Shown piece after piece: positions 16,954-30,000 of a DNA stretch of 43,699 bases. The stretch is from a virus. Its lineage: Duplodnaviria > Caudoviricetes. Below the pieces are notes generated by a model. The model saw nothing but the letters and a program-made list of their open reading frames with translations, had not been told where the DNA came from and did no database searches. How positions within the stretch are numbered: position 1 is the first letter of the stretch; each line of letters opens with the position of its first letter. Location of the stretch: the IMG/VR virus record IMGVR_UViG_3300005590_000018, positions 1-43,699 of that record; one strand, given 5' to 3'. The translations under genes were made by a program, and so were the position numbers.

Positions 16954-18036
16954 ATGTCTTTTCTCGTTGATGATATTCGGGACGGGGAAAAGATCACGGC
17001 ACTCCTGCCACAGGTGATGCCAACTCCTGATGCCCCCGACTTCCTGATGCCGGAGTATGCCGTCGAGCTGGATCCCAACGCACGGAGAAACGCGGCGGGG
17101 TCGGATCGGGGCAGCAAGCGCGGTATACGTGGAAACCAGGTGGCGGCGGGAGTCGGCGCAATGTTGGCCCTGATGTTTCCCGATGGCGATCTTGGTGCGG
17201 CTGGCGCGGGGCTGGCCCAGGGTGCGGGGCGCAACGTGTCCAACCTGAAAGAACTTGAGCGGGCACGATCAGAGCAGGAGCAGGAAATCGCCCTTGCCAT
17301 TCGTGAAGCGGACGCGTTGCGTCAGCACGAATTGATGGTGGAGGAAATGGGCGTGGTCGCAGACCAGATCGAGCGGGAAGAAGAAGAAGTGCGGGCGCAA
17401 GCCGACCATGAGCGCAAGAAGGAGTTGGAGCGGTACAAGATGGAGTTGGAGGCGAACCAGCCGCTTTCCGAGTATGACGAGGCCGTACAGCAATTTGAAC
17501 TGGACAAACTCCAAAAGGAACTTGACCGGATTGACGCTCAGATCGGCAAGGAGAAAGCCCTGGCGGGCAGGTACAGCCGAGAGGGTACAGGCCGCAAGCC
17601 GTCCGATGATGTAGATGCGGCCTACGTGGACGCTCTGAACGATGACCTGGAAAACATCGAGGCGCAGATCGCCCAGGGGGTAGGTTCCGTCAATGCGGCG
17701 GGTGTTTTTGAGGGATTGACACAGCAGGAGTTGAACGCTCTACGCAAGGAGCGACGTGAGCTGATCCGCGAGTTGGGCGACCGGGTGCGGGCAAAGGAAG
17801 CACCGGGCGATGACCAGGTAGACCCTGCCGAGGATGCAGAGCGTAAGCGGCAGACGGCGCGGGGTAGTTTCCCGCAGATTCTAGAGTCGATGGTTCCGCT
17901 TGTTCTTTCCGGAGAAGCACAGAGAGAGCAGATCGACCAACTCATTATCTCTTGGCTCGATGGTGGGTACATCAACGATGCCGAGGCGACAGGATTTTTG
18001 GAGGCAGTAGACAACGCGATTGGTGGGGGGCAGTAA
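16954..18036 (+). CDS. Putative internal virion (ejection) protein, coiled-coil
   Basis: Gly/Ala hydrophobic patch followed by long Glu-rich coiled coils. Confidence 0.6.
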   Translation: MSFLVDDIRDGEKITALLPQVMPTPDAPDFLMPEYAVELDPNARRNAAGSDRGSKRGIRGNQVAAGVGAMLALMFPDGDLGAAGAGLAQGAGRNVSNLKELERARSEQEQEIALAIREADALRQHELMVEEMGVVADQIEREEEEVRAQADHERKKELERYKMELEANQPLSEYDEAVQQFELDKLQKELDRIDAQIGKEKALAGRYSREGTGRKPSDDVDAAYVDALNDDLENIEAQIAQGVGSVNAAGVFEGLTQQELNALRKERRELIRELGDRVRAKEAPGDDQVDPAEDAERKRQTARGSFPQILESMVPLVLSGEAQREQIDQLIISWLDGGYINDAEATGFLEAVDNAIGGGQ

Positions 18037-21000
18037 TTGGAACCCAAAGACCCAATCAGAGAAGCAAGGGAGCGGCTGAGAAAGCGTGGCGTTGTGACGG
18101 GCATACGTCCGCTGTCAGGCGACCAGGAAAAGCCGCAACAGGAAAGTGATCTTGTTGCACAGGCCCGGTCCCGCATTGCCTCTGCATCCGTCAAGGGACA
18201 AGAATCTCCGGCTACCGTCATCCCCCCTCCATCGGTAGCCGAAACACCGGACCACATTCAGGAAACCGTACAGACGGGCGACCCCGCTTCCCCTCGCCCG
18301 CTACCCACTACGGTTCCTGCCCCGCCGCCTGGTAATCTGGCTGAATCGGTCGATGCCAAGGCGATCATGCGGGGGTGGTTCGGTATCTATGCTGACGCGG
18401 TAGAAGGCTTTCCGCAGTTGTGGAAAACAATACAGGCCGTGTCTGCCGGGGCAACGCCATCGGGCAACAACCCGAACCTTCGCGCAAAGCGCAGCGGGAT
18501 TGTCGCCGGCAAGGAGCGCGATGCGCGTGAAATGATTGCCCAAACAGCGTCCGGAGAATCCCCAACAGCGGGGGCGGCGCAGTTTGTGCGGCAGTTTGCG
18601 CCTGAAATCCCGCAGGACTACGCCAACAGCGTTCGCGGACAGATCATGCAGGGCGTGGGTTCGGTTGGTGCGTTTGGTACAATGGCTGCAATCAACCCGC
18701 TACTTGGTCTTGGAACAGGATCGTCGGCAATGGGCGCAAGTGGTGTGAAGGCGGCAAAGTCTGAGGGCGCAACAGACCCGCAGTTGGTGAATGACGCTGT
18801 GCTGAACATGATGGGCGGCCTACTTGAGTCCATCCCGGCAGAGGCAATGTTGGCGCGAGGTGGTCAGCTGGCTATCAAGAGGGCCGTGGCAAGCGATCTT
18901 CTTGAGCCAATGGTTCGTAGGCTGAACAAACTACCGGAGGCCAAGCGCAAGGCGGTTTCGGTTGCCCTGGGTACTCTTGAGGAAATGTCACAAGAGACGT
19001 TTCAGGCGATCATTGCGAACATTGCCCGCCAGGACCAGAACCCCGAAGTTGAAATCACGGAAGGGGTCGCAGAGCAAGGAGGAATCGGTGGCGCAGTTGG
19101 AGGAATCGTTGCAACACTTACCCAACTTCTACCGGGAAAACACTCTATCAATACCCGGTCCCGGCAAGGGGCAGAGAGCGATACACAGACGGGAACTGAT
19201 GACCCGGATCAACCATCTGGCACAGAGCAGGACGAGGGCGCAGCGGTTGGCCCTGTGGTCAGAGGCGATGTTGGTGGTGATGAGGATGCCGAGGGCGTAC
19301 AGCAGGGCGATTCTGAACTGATCGACGTTCAGCCCGTCATGACGGATGAGCAGCGGCAGGAGTTTGTCGAGGAAATGGCACAGTACGATTCCGGCACCCT
19401 GGAACGTGTTGCCGCATCCGGTCAGGCGACAGATGAGCAGATCCAGATGATCCGCGACGAGATTGCCCGCAGGGCGAGCGAGCCCGATTCCGAGGATCCG
19501 TCCGAGTACGCCAAGAATATCAGCACGGAGGAACTGGAAGATGCGGTAGAGAACGCAAGAGACGTATTTACACCGGAGGAGATCCGCGCTTTCGAGCAGG
19601 AGATCGAACGACGAAAGAACAACGATGATACCGAAGCCCCCGTGGGGGCGAAGCCCGCAAAGCCTGATGGAATCACCCCGCCCGATCAGCCGCAAGGCAC
19701 TTATGGAGTATCACCGCAGACGGAAGGAGGCGCTGTACCTGTTCAGGGAAGAACTGATAGGGAGGGAGTTTCCTCAACCCAACAGGTCATCAATGGTGGG
19801 GTGGATGTTTCGATCGAAGAAGAGCCCCCGACTCCCATAATGTCACCCGAGGATGCGAATGGGGGCAAACTGAGTGATGATCCCGGAAAAGACATAGGTG
19901 GAAGGCGGGGGCTTTTGACGTATATCGGTAGAATAACCCTGCCATCTTCTATCGTGGGGAGGAAGATTGATCCCGATGAGGCCGATCTCGAACTTGATAG
20001 AATTGAAATAAAAGCCGAGCGGGGAGACATAACGGGCGAATGGCTTGCAAGCACATCTATCGCGCAGGGGATGGGTACGGGCGATTTTGCGATGTTCAAG
20101 AAGTCGCTCTATTCAAATCCGAAGCAAACGATACAGGCAATCCGAGATGGAATTGACAAGGCGCGTGGGGCCAAATCAGAGAAGGCTGATTCAGTCGTGC
20201 CGAAAACTGCGAAAGCAGAGACTCCGGTTCCGGATAGAGGACAGCAGACGGGTGGCATTGATTCGCCAGGACAGGAAGTGGGCGATGGACCCAACAACCA
20301 AGCGGCATCCAGCGATCAAGCAGTATCCGGGGATTCCAATAGGGACGAGCTGACAAGCGGTGCGGACACGGACCCAGAAACGCTCCCTGTTCGGAACGTA
20401 CCGATTGCAAGCATCCAGACTGACGAGGGCAGATTCCAGCCGCGCGAGGCGTTGTTCAGCGAGGAGACGGCAAAGAAGGTCGCAACCGAGTACGATCCTG
20501 CCAAGTTTGACCCAATCCTGCTCTGGAAGGATCCGGATACAGGAAACCTGATTGTTCTTGGTGGTCACTCCCGCCTGGAAGGAATGAAGCGCAGGGGCGC
20601 AACAAACATTCAGGCGAAGGTTGCAGAGGTGAGCGAGGATGAAGCCCGAAGGCTTGCCGCGACCGACAACGACAAGGCAACGCAGCTGGAGGACTACGAG
20701 CGGGCTGTGTATATCCGTGGTCTGCGTGAGCAGGGCAAGACGAAGAAGGAGATCAAGGAGGAGGCCGAATCCCTGTACGGCAAAAACGCTCCGACCGTCA
20801 TTGCATACTCCTACCTGAACCCGGAAGGAAAGGCGTTGGCGGCAGTCCGTCAATTCCGTGCGAACACGTCCGGAGAAGGCACGGATGCTTCGGTCATGGC
20901 GAAGTGGGTTGGCGAGGTCATGGGTTCCGTTCCCGGTCTGTCTAAGTCACAGGAAAATGAGATTTGGGACTACCTGAAAGCGGTGTACAAGCAGCGCGAC

Positions 21001-24000
21001 AACGCACGTACACAGGCCGGGTTTGTCGATTTCGTCCGGGGCCACATCGAGCGCGTGTCAACGTTCGGCCAGATCCCGGAACGGTTGAACCTGGACAGAA
21101 TAGCATCAAAGTCCCTGCAGGAGATTGAGATAGACAGACAGGTTCGCGGGGCAGAAAAAGATCTGCAAGATGCTATTGAGCAGAGGAACAGCAAGCAGAA
21201 CGATTTCAATAAGCAGAAAGAGGAATCGTCAGACCTGACGGACGCAGACGTTGTAAGGGCATTGATGCCGTACAACGACGCGATCAAGGCAGCGCAAGCC
21301 AACCTGATCCGAATAAAGCAGGAGGCGGGACGAGCCACGAGGGAGGTAAAAAACACACAATCTGGCCTATTCGGCGCGATTGACCCGGCTCCGATCAATG
21401 ACAACAGCATCAAAAACGACGCGGAAGCACTCCGCAAAGCAGGTGTCGATGATGAATCAATCCAGAAAGCCGAAGGGCAATCGGAAGCAACCCGCAAGCG
21501 GGTCGAATCTTTTACGGAGGCTCTTGAAAGTGAAGTTGAAGGCCAATCCGGACCAGAAGAAGAAAGCAGACCGAGCGATACGGAAGCTGACGAAGTAGCA
21601 GCCGATGATTCCGGCGAGTTTGCTGTTCCTTCCCTGTACTACGAAATGCAGGAGAAGGGAATAGGCCAGCACCCATTGATGGAGTCGGAAGCGAGAAGGG
21701 CAAGAGAAGATGACACCAAAGATGGTCGGCACAAAAAGAGATTTGATGAACTGAAAAATCAGATCATCATTGCCAGGGGTCGATCAGTAGGGTTGCCGGG
21801 GCCGAAGTCATGGCGTGGCGCACCGCTCATGGCAATTCAGACGGTTCAAGGGGCAGATGGAAAGTGGATGTGGTATCACGATTCCAGCGTGGTTTCGTGG
21901 AGTGGTCCTGTTCGTGGAGAGTTTGACACGGAAGCCGAGGCGTTCAATGCGGCAGTAAGCCAGATGCTACAAGACGTTGATCGGTATGCAGACGATACCA
22001 GCACCGGAAGAACGAAAGCCAACAAGGTCAAGAAATGGCTGTCGAAGCTGTCCGTAGACCCGACAACGATTGATCCCAACGCCCCGGATGTAATCAACTA
22101 CACGGATCAGCGCTATCCGGACAAAGACCTGGCTGGCAACCAGCGTTGGGTCCAGTACACAAGTGACCCAAGCTCGCTACCACCATTGAAGGTGAAGCAT
22201 GGAGCGACCTATGCAAAGGGTCTATCTAAAATGCCAGCGCAGAAAAAGCCCGGCAAAGACGGGCGCGGCCTGTCGCACAATGAGGTGACGCAAATCATTT
22301 CCTGGGTGTCAAACAAGAGGTCCGAGGGTGTCCCAAAACACGCAAGGCGCGAGATGGAACTACTTGAGCAAACATCCGGTGCGGCGGGCTTGTCAGAAGA
22401 AACCGTCACGCAGCAGAGAAGATTATTCGCCGGGGTGTACTACGGGGCGTGGAGAGCGCAGATTGCAAAAGACGAGGCCGAGCAGGAGCGGATAAAACGG
22501 AAAAGCCAAGCAAAAAGAGGCCCTGTTGAAGGCGGTATTGTCTTGGGGGATCGCCTCTCGTTTGTCGTTGACGGCGAAACGTACACAGGAACAGCGTGGG
22601 GCGATCAATGGATCGGTGATACAAGCATTGACATCATCCCAGATGATATTTACCGCTTTTTCGGAACGACCAAGTACGACCCAAACAGTAGGGGGCGCAT
22701 AGCGGTACGTCGAAAAGACGTAAAGAGAGTCAAATCGCCAAAGATTGATTCTGCCAATCCGAGCAAAGAGCAAGCAAGAAAGCAGGTTGAGTTTTGGCAG
22801 GCCGAATGGGACAAACTTGATGGTATTGCCAGAAAGATGAACAAGAAACTTGGTTACGACACCAAGCAGATTAAGTCATCTCGTGAGCTTGGGGCTATCA
22901 GCAGGGCAAGACAGATTGTCGAGCAACGCCTTGATGAAGCCAGGAGTGTTCTTACCAGGGTGATGGACCAAGAGGATGCACAATCCAAAAAGATCGACAA
23001 GGCCCAATCAGAACTCGATTCGCTCTGGAAAGACTTCGGAGACAAGCACGGCGGCAAATTGTCTGCCGGATTCGATCCACAGATTGCCGCTGACGCAGCC
23101 CGGATTGCCGCTAAGTACGCGGAGTTGGGGTATTTCAAGTTTCGCAAGTATGCCGATGATGCTATCCGCATGATGGGCGAGAAGATCAGGCCGTACCTGC
23201 GCGGGGCGTGGATTCAGGCCAAGACCTTCTATGCACAGTCCGGTGATGCAGATATGATCGCAATGGCGGTCAAGATGGATGACCCGGATACACAAACCGA
23301 GCAAGACAATGACGCACGTATCGGACGCGACATGGAAGCGGATCGCGCAAATGGCGAAGAACCTTCCGGTCGAAATGAAGGAAGCGATGATGCTGCCGGA
23401 GGAGGAGTTGGCGGTAGTGATAGACAGACAGGCGTACTACCTGCGGAGGATGGGATACAGCCGGAGAGCGGTGTCGGCGTTCCTGGAAGCACAGGTGTCG
23501 ATACGGACCTATTCGGCGGTGCAGCCAGTAGTGACACCACAGGAAGCGGCAACGATTCCGATTCAGGAGCCCAGCAATCTATTTTTGACGATGCGGAGAG
23601 AGCACCTGTTGTCCGAAGAACAAGTGGAGGAACTGAGGGGGGCGTTATTGTCACCCGAAGCGATACGGACGCTGCAAAGAGCGATGAAACATCATCGGGA
23701 ATCGAAAGCCGCCTGAGAGCGCAGCAGGAAGCAGAAGGGCGGGGCGTTGTTCCGGCTGACGCAGCCAACATTGCCGAAACCGTTCCGATGCTTCTTCCTG
23801 AGCAGCAGGAGGACGTACTGAAAGCAGAAACGCGTTTCGAGGGTGGCGGCAAGGGCTTTCTGTTCACGAACGCAACGGGCACAGGAAAGACGTTCACCGG
23901 GCTGGGAATCGCCAAGCGATACTCGATGCGCGGGCTTGGTCGAATCCTGATCGTGGTCCCAACGGACAAGAAGGTGGAGGATTGGATTCAGGACGGCAAA

Positions 24001-27000
24001 ATGCTGAACCTGGACATATCTCGCGTGGAGGACACCACATCGAGGCTCCCACAGGGCGCAATCATAACCACCTACGCGAACTTCCGTCAGAACAAAGAGA
24101 TTGAGAAAGAGGGCTTTGACCTTGTTCTGTACGACGAGTCCCACAAACTGAACCAGGGGCAGAACGGCAACCTCAACTCCGGAACAGCACAGCACTTCAT
24201 TACCACGGCGCACCCGGATTGGGCTATCCAGAAGATCGTCAAGAGTGATGCAAAAAGCGTTCGGCTGCGAGAGGAGTTGGATGGTCTGCACGACCAGCAA
24301 AGTGAGCGGGCATGGGAGATCCGTTCCGAAATGAAGGCGCGGGAGGAAGAACTTGCCCGCGATGCGGAAAACATTTCCGATCACACAAAGGTTGTGTTTC
24401 TGTCCGCAACCCCATTTGGGTATCACGGAAGCATCACCTATGCCGAGGGGTATCTGTTCCGCGCCGACAAAGAGGATGACGGGGGATACAATTCGTCATC
24501 CGGGCTCGATGCGTACCTGCAGGCCAACCTGGGCTATCGGATGCGCTACGGGAAACTGACAAGGCCGGAGTCCGGGGTTGACCAGGCGTTGCTTGAGCGC
24601 GAGTTGTTTGAGCGTTGGGTCCGGGATGGGGTTGCAAGTACCCGGAAACTGGAAATTGACCGAGATTACAGCCGCGACTTCGTGAAGGTGCCCGGTGGTA
24701 TTGGTGTCAAGATTGACGAGGGGATTGAGTTTCTTGTCTCAGGAGAGGGGCGGGATAAGTACGGCAAACTTGCGGAGAACCTGCGGAAGAAACGCTGGAC
24801 TTTCCTCAGCATGGCAAGGCTTTTGGAGGGGATCAAGGCAGAGGCAGCAGTAGACCGGATTTCCAAGCACCTTGAGTTGGGTCGCCAGGTCATCGTGTTC
24901 CACGGTTACAACAAGGGCCGACCAGAGCATCCATTCCATCCGAAAGACGCTGACACGGATGTTATGGAGGAGTATCAGATGTTCAAGGAGGAGCGTCCGG
25001 ACTTGGCGAACCTTGATATTCAGGGCCACTCCAATGTCATCGACACCATCACCCAGGCGTTCGGAGAAGAAAATGTCCTGCTGTTCAACGGCAAGGTTTC
25101 TAAGCGCGACCGGAGGCAGAATGTATCCGAATTCAACAGCGGAAATGCCAAAATCATCGTAGTGCAGGTCGAGGCGGGGAAGGAGGGAATATCCCTGCAC
25201 GACAAGAAGGGAGACTCGCAGCGCGTTGTGATGCAACTTGGGCTTCCCGTCAGGCCGACCGACGCAACCCAAACAGAGGGCCGCGCCTATCGTTGGGGTA
25301 GTGCGTCAGACGCGATATTTGAGTACCCCGTCCTGGGGCTGAACTTTGAGCGATACATTTACTCCGACAAAACGGGGCCGCGCACAGGAACAGCCGAAAA
25401 CCTTGCAATGGGGAATCTTGCGAGGGGGCTGGAAGTGGCGTTCAAGGAGGGTTATCTGGGGGCAGAGGCGGTAGACCCGAATGTGGATCAGGGCGTGGGC
25501 GGGAAGGATCTCGATTCTTCGGTTGTGGAAACGTCCGAGTTTGACCGCGCCCGCACCCTGTACTACATGAGGAAGAAGCGGGATGCTCGTACCAAATCAG
25601 CCGAAGGGATTGATTACTACGCCACGCCGGAGCCGCTTGGGTACAAGATGGTCGAGTGGGCCGGACTGCAACCGAACGACGATGTTCTTGAGCCGTCAGC
25701 GGGTCATGGGGCCATTGCGCGCTTCCTTCCCGCGACAACCAACAACACCCTGGTTGAGCCTTCGTATGCGCTTGGTAGCGAACTGTCGATCAACGCCGAG
25801 GGAAATCACCGCATGATCCGGTTTGAGGAACTTCATGTGGGTGGAAACAAGTTTGACGCAATCCTGATGAACCCCCCCTTTGGAAAGGGTGGAAAAACGG
25901 CAATGGAACACGTTGCCAAAGCGTACAAGCACCTTCGTGACGGCGGCAGAATCATAGCAATCGTTCCTGGTGGCCCATCAATGGACCGCAGGGTGGACAA
26001 GTGGGTGGATTCCGACGAGTCGAACGGCGCGGTCATCACCTGGAAGGTTTTGCTTCCGTCCGTGACGTTTGAGCGGGCAGGAACGAAGGTTATGACGCAC
26101 CTGGTCATCATCGACAAGCATCTTGATACAGACAGGTCAGACCGCGCCAACTCTGTCAGTCGTTCGCCTTCAACTATCAGCGCAGACTCGATCGAAGATT
26201 TCTTTTCCCGGATTCAGGATATGGGCGTTCCGGATCGTATCCCGGTCATGGCTCGCGTAGAGGCGGTAGAAAAGGGCGGCTCAATCGCAATGTCTGGAAT
26301 GACCGTGACAAAGACCACCACCGTAAACGGTAAGGACGTTTGGGAGGTGAGCGGGGATACATACCCATTCAAGGATGTTCTCAGGGCAGCAGGTGGCAGG
26401 TTTTACCGACCAAAGAAAGTGTGGTCCTTCTATGACGGTGATCCTACGAAACGTATCAACGAGCTGCTGAACGGTGCCGACAACACGATAGTCATGGAGG
26501 GGGATGAAGGGTATTTCACTTCTCCATCTGTTCGTGAACTATCCGGCAGACAGGGAACGCTCAAGCCGTCAATGACACAGATAGAGTTGTTCAGGACGGA
26601 TTTTGAGGTCAAGCGCGATCTATTTGCAACGAGCCGAAAGGACCAGAAAAATCCGAAGCGACGGGTTGGAAACAAGGAGGTAGAGCCAAAGGGTCATGTT
26701 CGGCTGGCGAAGGCCATAGCGGACGAAATCATTGAGTACGGCACTTCGCTCATTATCGGAAAGAAGGCATCTACCCCGGAAGATTTGGCAGACCTGGCGC
26801 AGATTTACAGAGATCCCCGCGTGGAGACAATGCGCGTTGTCGTTGTGAAGGACGGCGTTGTTGTTGGTCACGTGGCCTTCTCGTCACGATCTCCGAACTA
26901 CGTCAATTTTGACAAAGAGACAATCGGGACACCCGATGGCTTTGTGCGCCACGTTGTTACATCGCACGGAGGAGACGGGTACTACCTGATACATAACCAC

Positions 27001-30000
27001 CCATCCGGCAGGCCAGCACCAAGCAGGCCGGATATTGCATTGACACATCATGTTTCAAGTAATGTGCCTGGGTTTCTTGGTCACATCGTAATTGACTCAT
27101 CTTGGGCTGCAATAATTCGGCCCGAATTGGTTTCGCGCTTGAGGATGATTACGGACCCGCTGACGGGTATGCGTTATCTATCCGGTGACATGAATCCCGA
27201 TGATTATTACACCCGGCACCACATCCAGCCAGAAAACCGAGTTGACGCCTCTGCATGGGAGCCAGCATCGCCACATGGTTTGATTGGGCGGCAGATTTAT
27301 GGTACTGCTGATGTGGAGGGAATTGCAACCGATTTGAAAGCAGAGGCGGCGCACATTGGGAGCAAAACGGTTGCCATTGTTCTGCGTGGGTCAAGGGGTG
27401 ATGTTGTGGGAATTACAACGGTTCCTATGCAGTTTCTTGATATGGGTGCGCGGTTTCGCGCATACATTCGATCTTTAAAAAGAACGATGGGGGCTCCGGA
27501 TGCGATAGTTGTTGGTGTTCCTGAACCCGATGGGTCCGGACCTGTAAACTATGATTCGGTAGCATCGCTCATAAGGGATCACAGCATACTCGATGCGGTG
27601 GCAATGTCTGGTTGGTCGTACCGCGCCGATGGTGTTAACCCGGACAGCGAGGACTCTGTAAAGACAAACATTGTTCGCGTTGCGGAGCCGCACCCAGGAG
27701 TCACCAAAACCGAAAGGTTCAAGGAGTGGTTTGGCGAGTCGAAGGTGGTGGGCAGGGATGGTAGCCCCGCCGTTCTGTATCACGGCACAGTCGAGAACTT
27801 CGACACATTCAAGCATGGCGCATCAAGGCGGCGAGACAAGGGTTGGTTTGGGTATGGATTCTATTTGACGGGTAGCCCGGACATGGCTTCTTCGTATGCC
27901 GCACCAGAATGGGGTTCGGGATTTCAGGGAGACAGAGGGGGAGGGAGAAACGTCATGCCGCTTTATGCGGCAATTCAAAACCCATTCTACGTGGACATAA
28001 AAGGACTGTCCATCAATGACCAAATGAACTACACGGACCAGTACGGGGGTCCGAGAGCGTTCACGGATTACGTAAAGGAGAAGGGTCACGATGGAGTCAT
28101 CGTATCAAGGGGCAACGCAACAAAGGAAGGGACGTTTTTTGAGGTAGTTGTATTTGATCCAGCCCAGGTGAAGTCCGCTACTGGAAACAACGGAGACTTC
28201 AACCCGCAAACTCAGCTCATTCTCTTTGAGCCTGGGGCCGAATACGGCACATCGAGGGATGCGTACAAAGCCGAAATAGAAATGGAGGACAGCACCGGAT
28301 CCCGCGGGGTGTCTGCTCTTGAGGTAATGGATGCTCTTGCCGCCGTTGTTCGTGCTGCTGGCCTTCATGTGCCCTTCCGTCATGGGAAGATGGGTCCAGG
28401 CGGTAAACGCTCCCACGGTTTCTTCAAGACGCGCGAGGGCGTGATTCGGACACAGGATGCGCTTGACCTGATTACGGCAACGCACGAAATGGGCCACGCT
28501 CTCGAGAAAGCCGTTTACGGGTGGCTTGAAGGGTCGCCGTTCAATAACAGCAACGGGTTCACAAAGGAAATGCGGGCCGAGCTGCTTGAAATGGGGAAAG
28601 CCCTATATGGCGACAGAAAGCCCAACGGTGGATACAAGCGCGAGGGATGGGCAGAATACATCCGGTATCTTATCGGGGCGAAAGAGGGCAGGCCACAAGA
28701 AGTTGCCCCGAACCTGCATCGGTGGTTCACTACCGTTTTCCTGCAAGAAAACCCTAAGGTGGCTGCGCGGCTCGAAACGGCGAGAAAACTGACGGTCCAG
28801 TACCAGAAGCAGGGAGCCGTCAAGCGCGTTACGCGACACATCGAGGGAACAGACAGGGCGATTGACCGGGTAAAGCGCATTTTCGGCACCGGATTCCTTC
28901 GTCGTGCAATGGATTTTGTGGCGAAAGAGGTCACAACGGGTATGCAGCCCCTTTACCGCCTGTCCAAAGAGGCAGAGAAGTCATTGGGCCGACCGCTTGC
29001 CTCCGGAGAGGATCCGTTCATCATTGCCGAGGCGCACCAGAAAACGCACGATGCTGTTGCCGAGTTCATGGTCCGGTTCGGGACGAAGGACATAAACGGC
29101 AACACGACCGGGGAATCCCTGGAGGCTGCGCTGGAGACAATTCCCAAGACCCGTAAGGCCAGGTGGGAGTTCACGGCATACCTGTATGCGCGTAGGGCAA
29201 TGGCGTTGTGGGAGGGTGTCACGAATCCCGATGCGGACGGCAAGCGGAAAGAACGCGAACCAAGAAACCCAGGCATTTCATACGAGGATGCCAAGTTTGT
29301 TTTCGAGAAACTGGATTCTCCTGAGTTCCGGCTTGCCGCAGAGCGTGTGTACGCATGGAACCAGCGGGTGCTCGAGTACGCTGATCCCGTATTTGGTGGA
29401 AGCCTGTCTGAAACCACATTCTCCGGAGACGTTGGCAACTACATTCCGCTCAAGCGCGTGTTTGAGGAAATGGACGATGCGGCACGGCGGGCCAGTCGGT
29501 CCAAGATGGGCGGCGACCCATTGCAACGCCTGAAGGGGTCCGGACGGCGCATCCAGGATCCGTTTACGTCCATGATTGCAAAGGCCGCACTTGTTGTCCG
29601 AAAAACGCACGAACGCCAGATCGTCAACTCGATTGTGCGTCTCTACGAAAAGGCACAAGACCTGGGTGGCCTTGTTGAGCAGATCCCCAGAACGAGGCTT
29701 CCTGTCCAGGTGTCTGTCACGGATGTTCTCGCGCAGCTGGAAGAAATTGGCTTCGATCCGATTGCCCTGCTCGATGCCATACCGAACGAGGTTATTGATG
29801 CCCTGGACGAGAATCCGGAAGCAATCGAAACCGCATTGCGCGACAATCCTGCATTGCAGGAGAAGTTGACGTTCTGGATGCCAAACTTCAACACGCCGGA
29901 TGGTTCATACGTTGCAATGCCGACAGATGAAGGTGTGAAGTGGTATTGGATGGACAAGAGCCTCATGGAAGCCCTGGGCGCACTTGATCCAACCCGTCTG

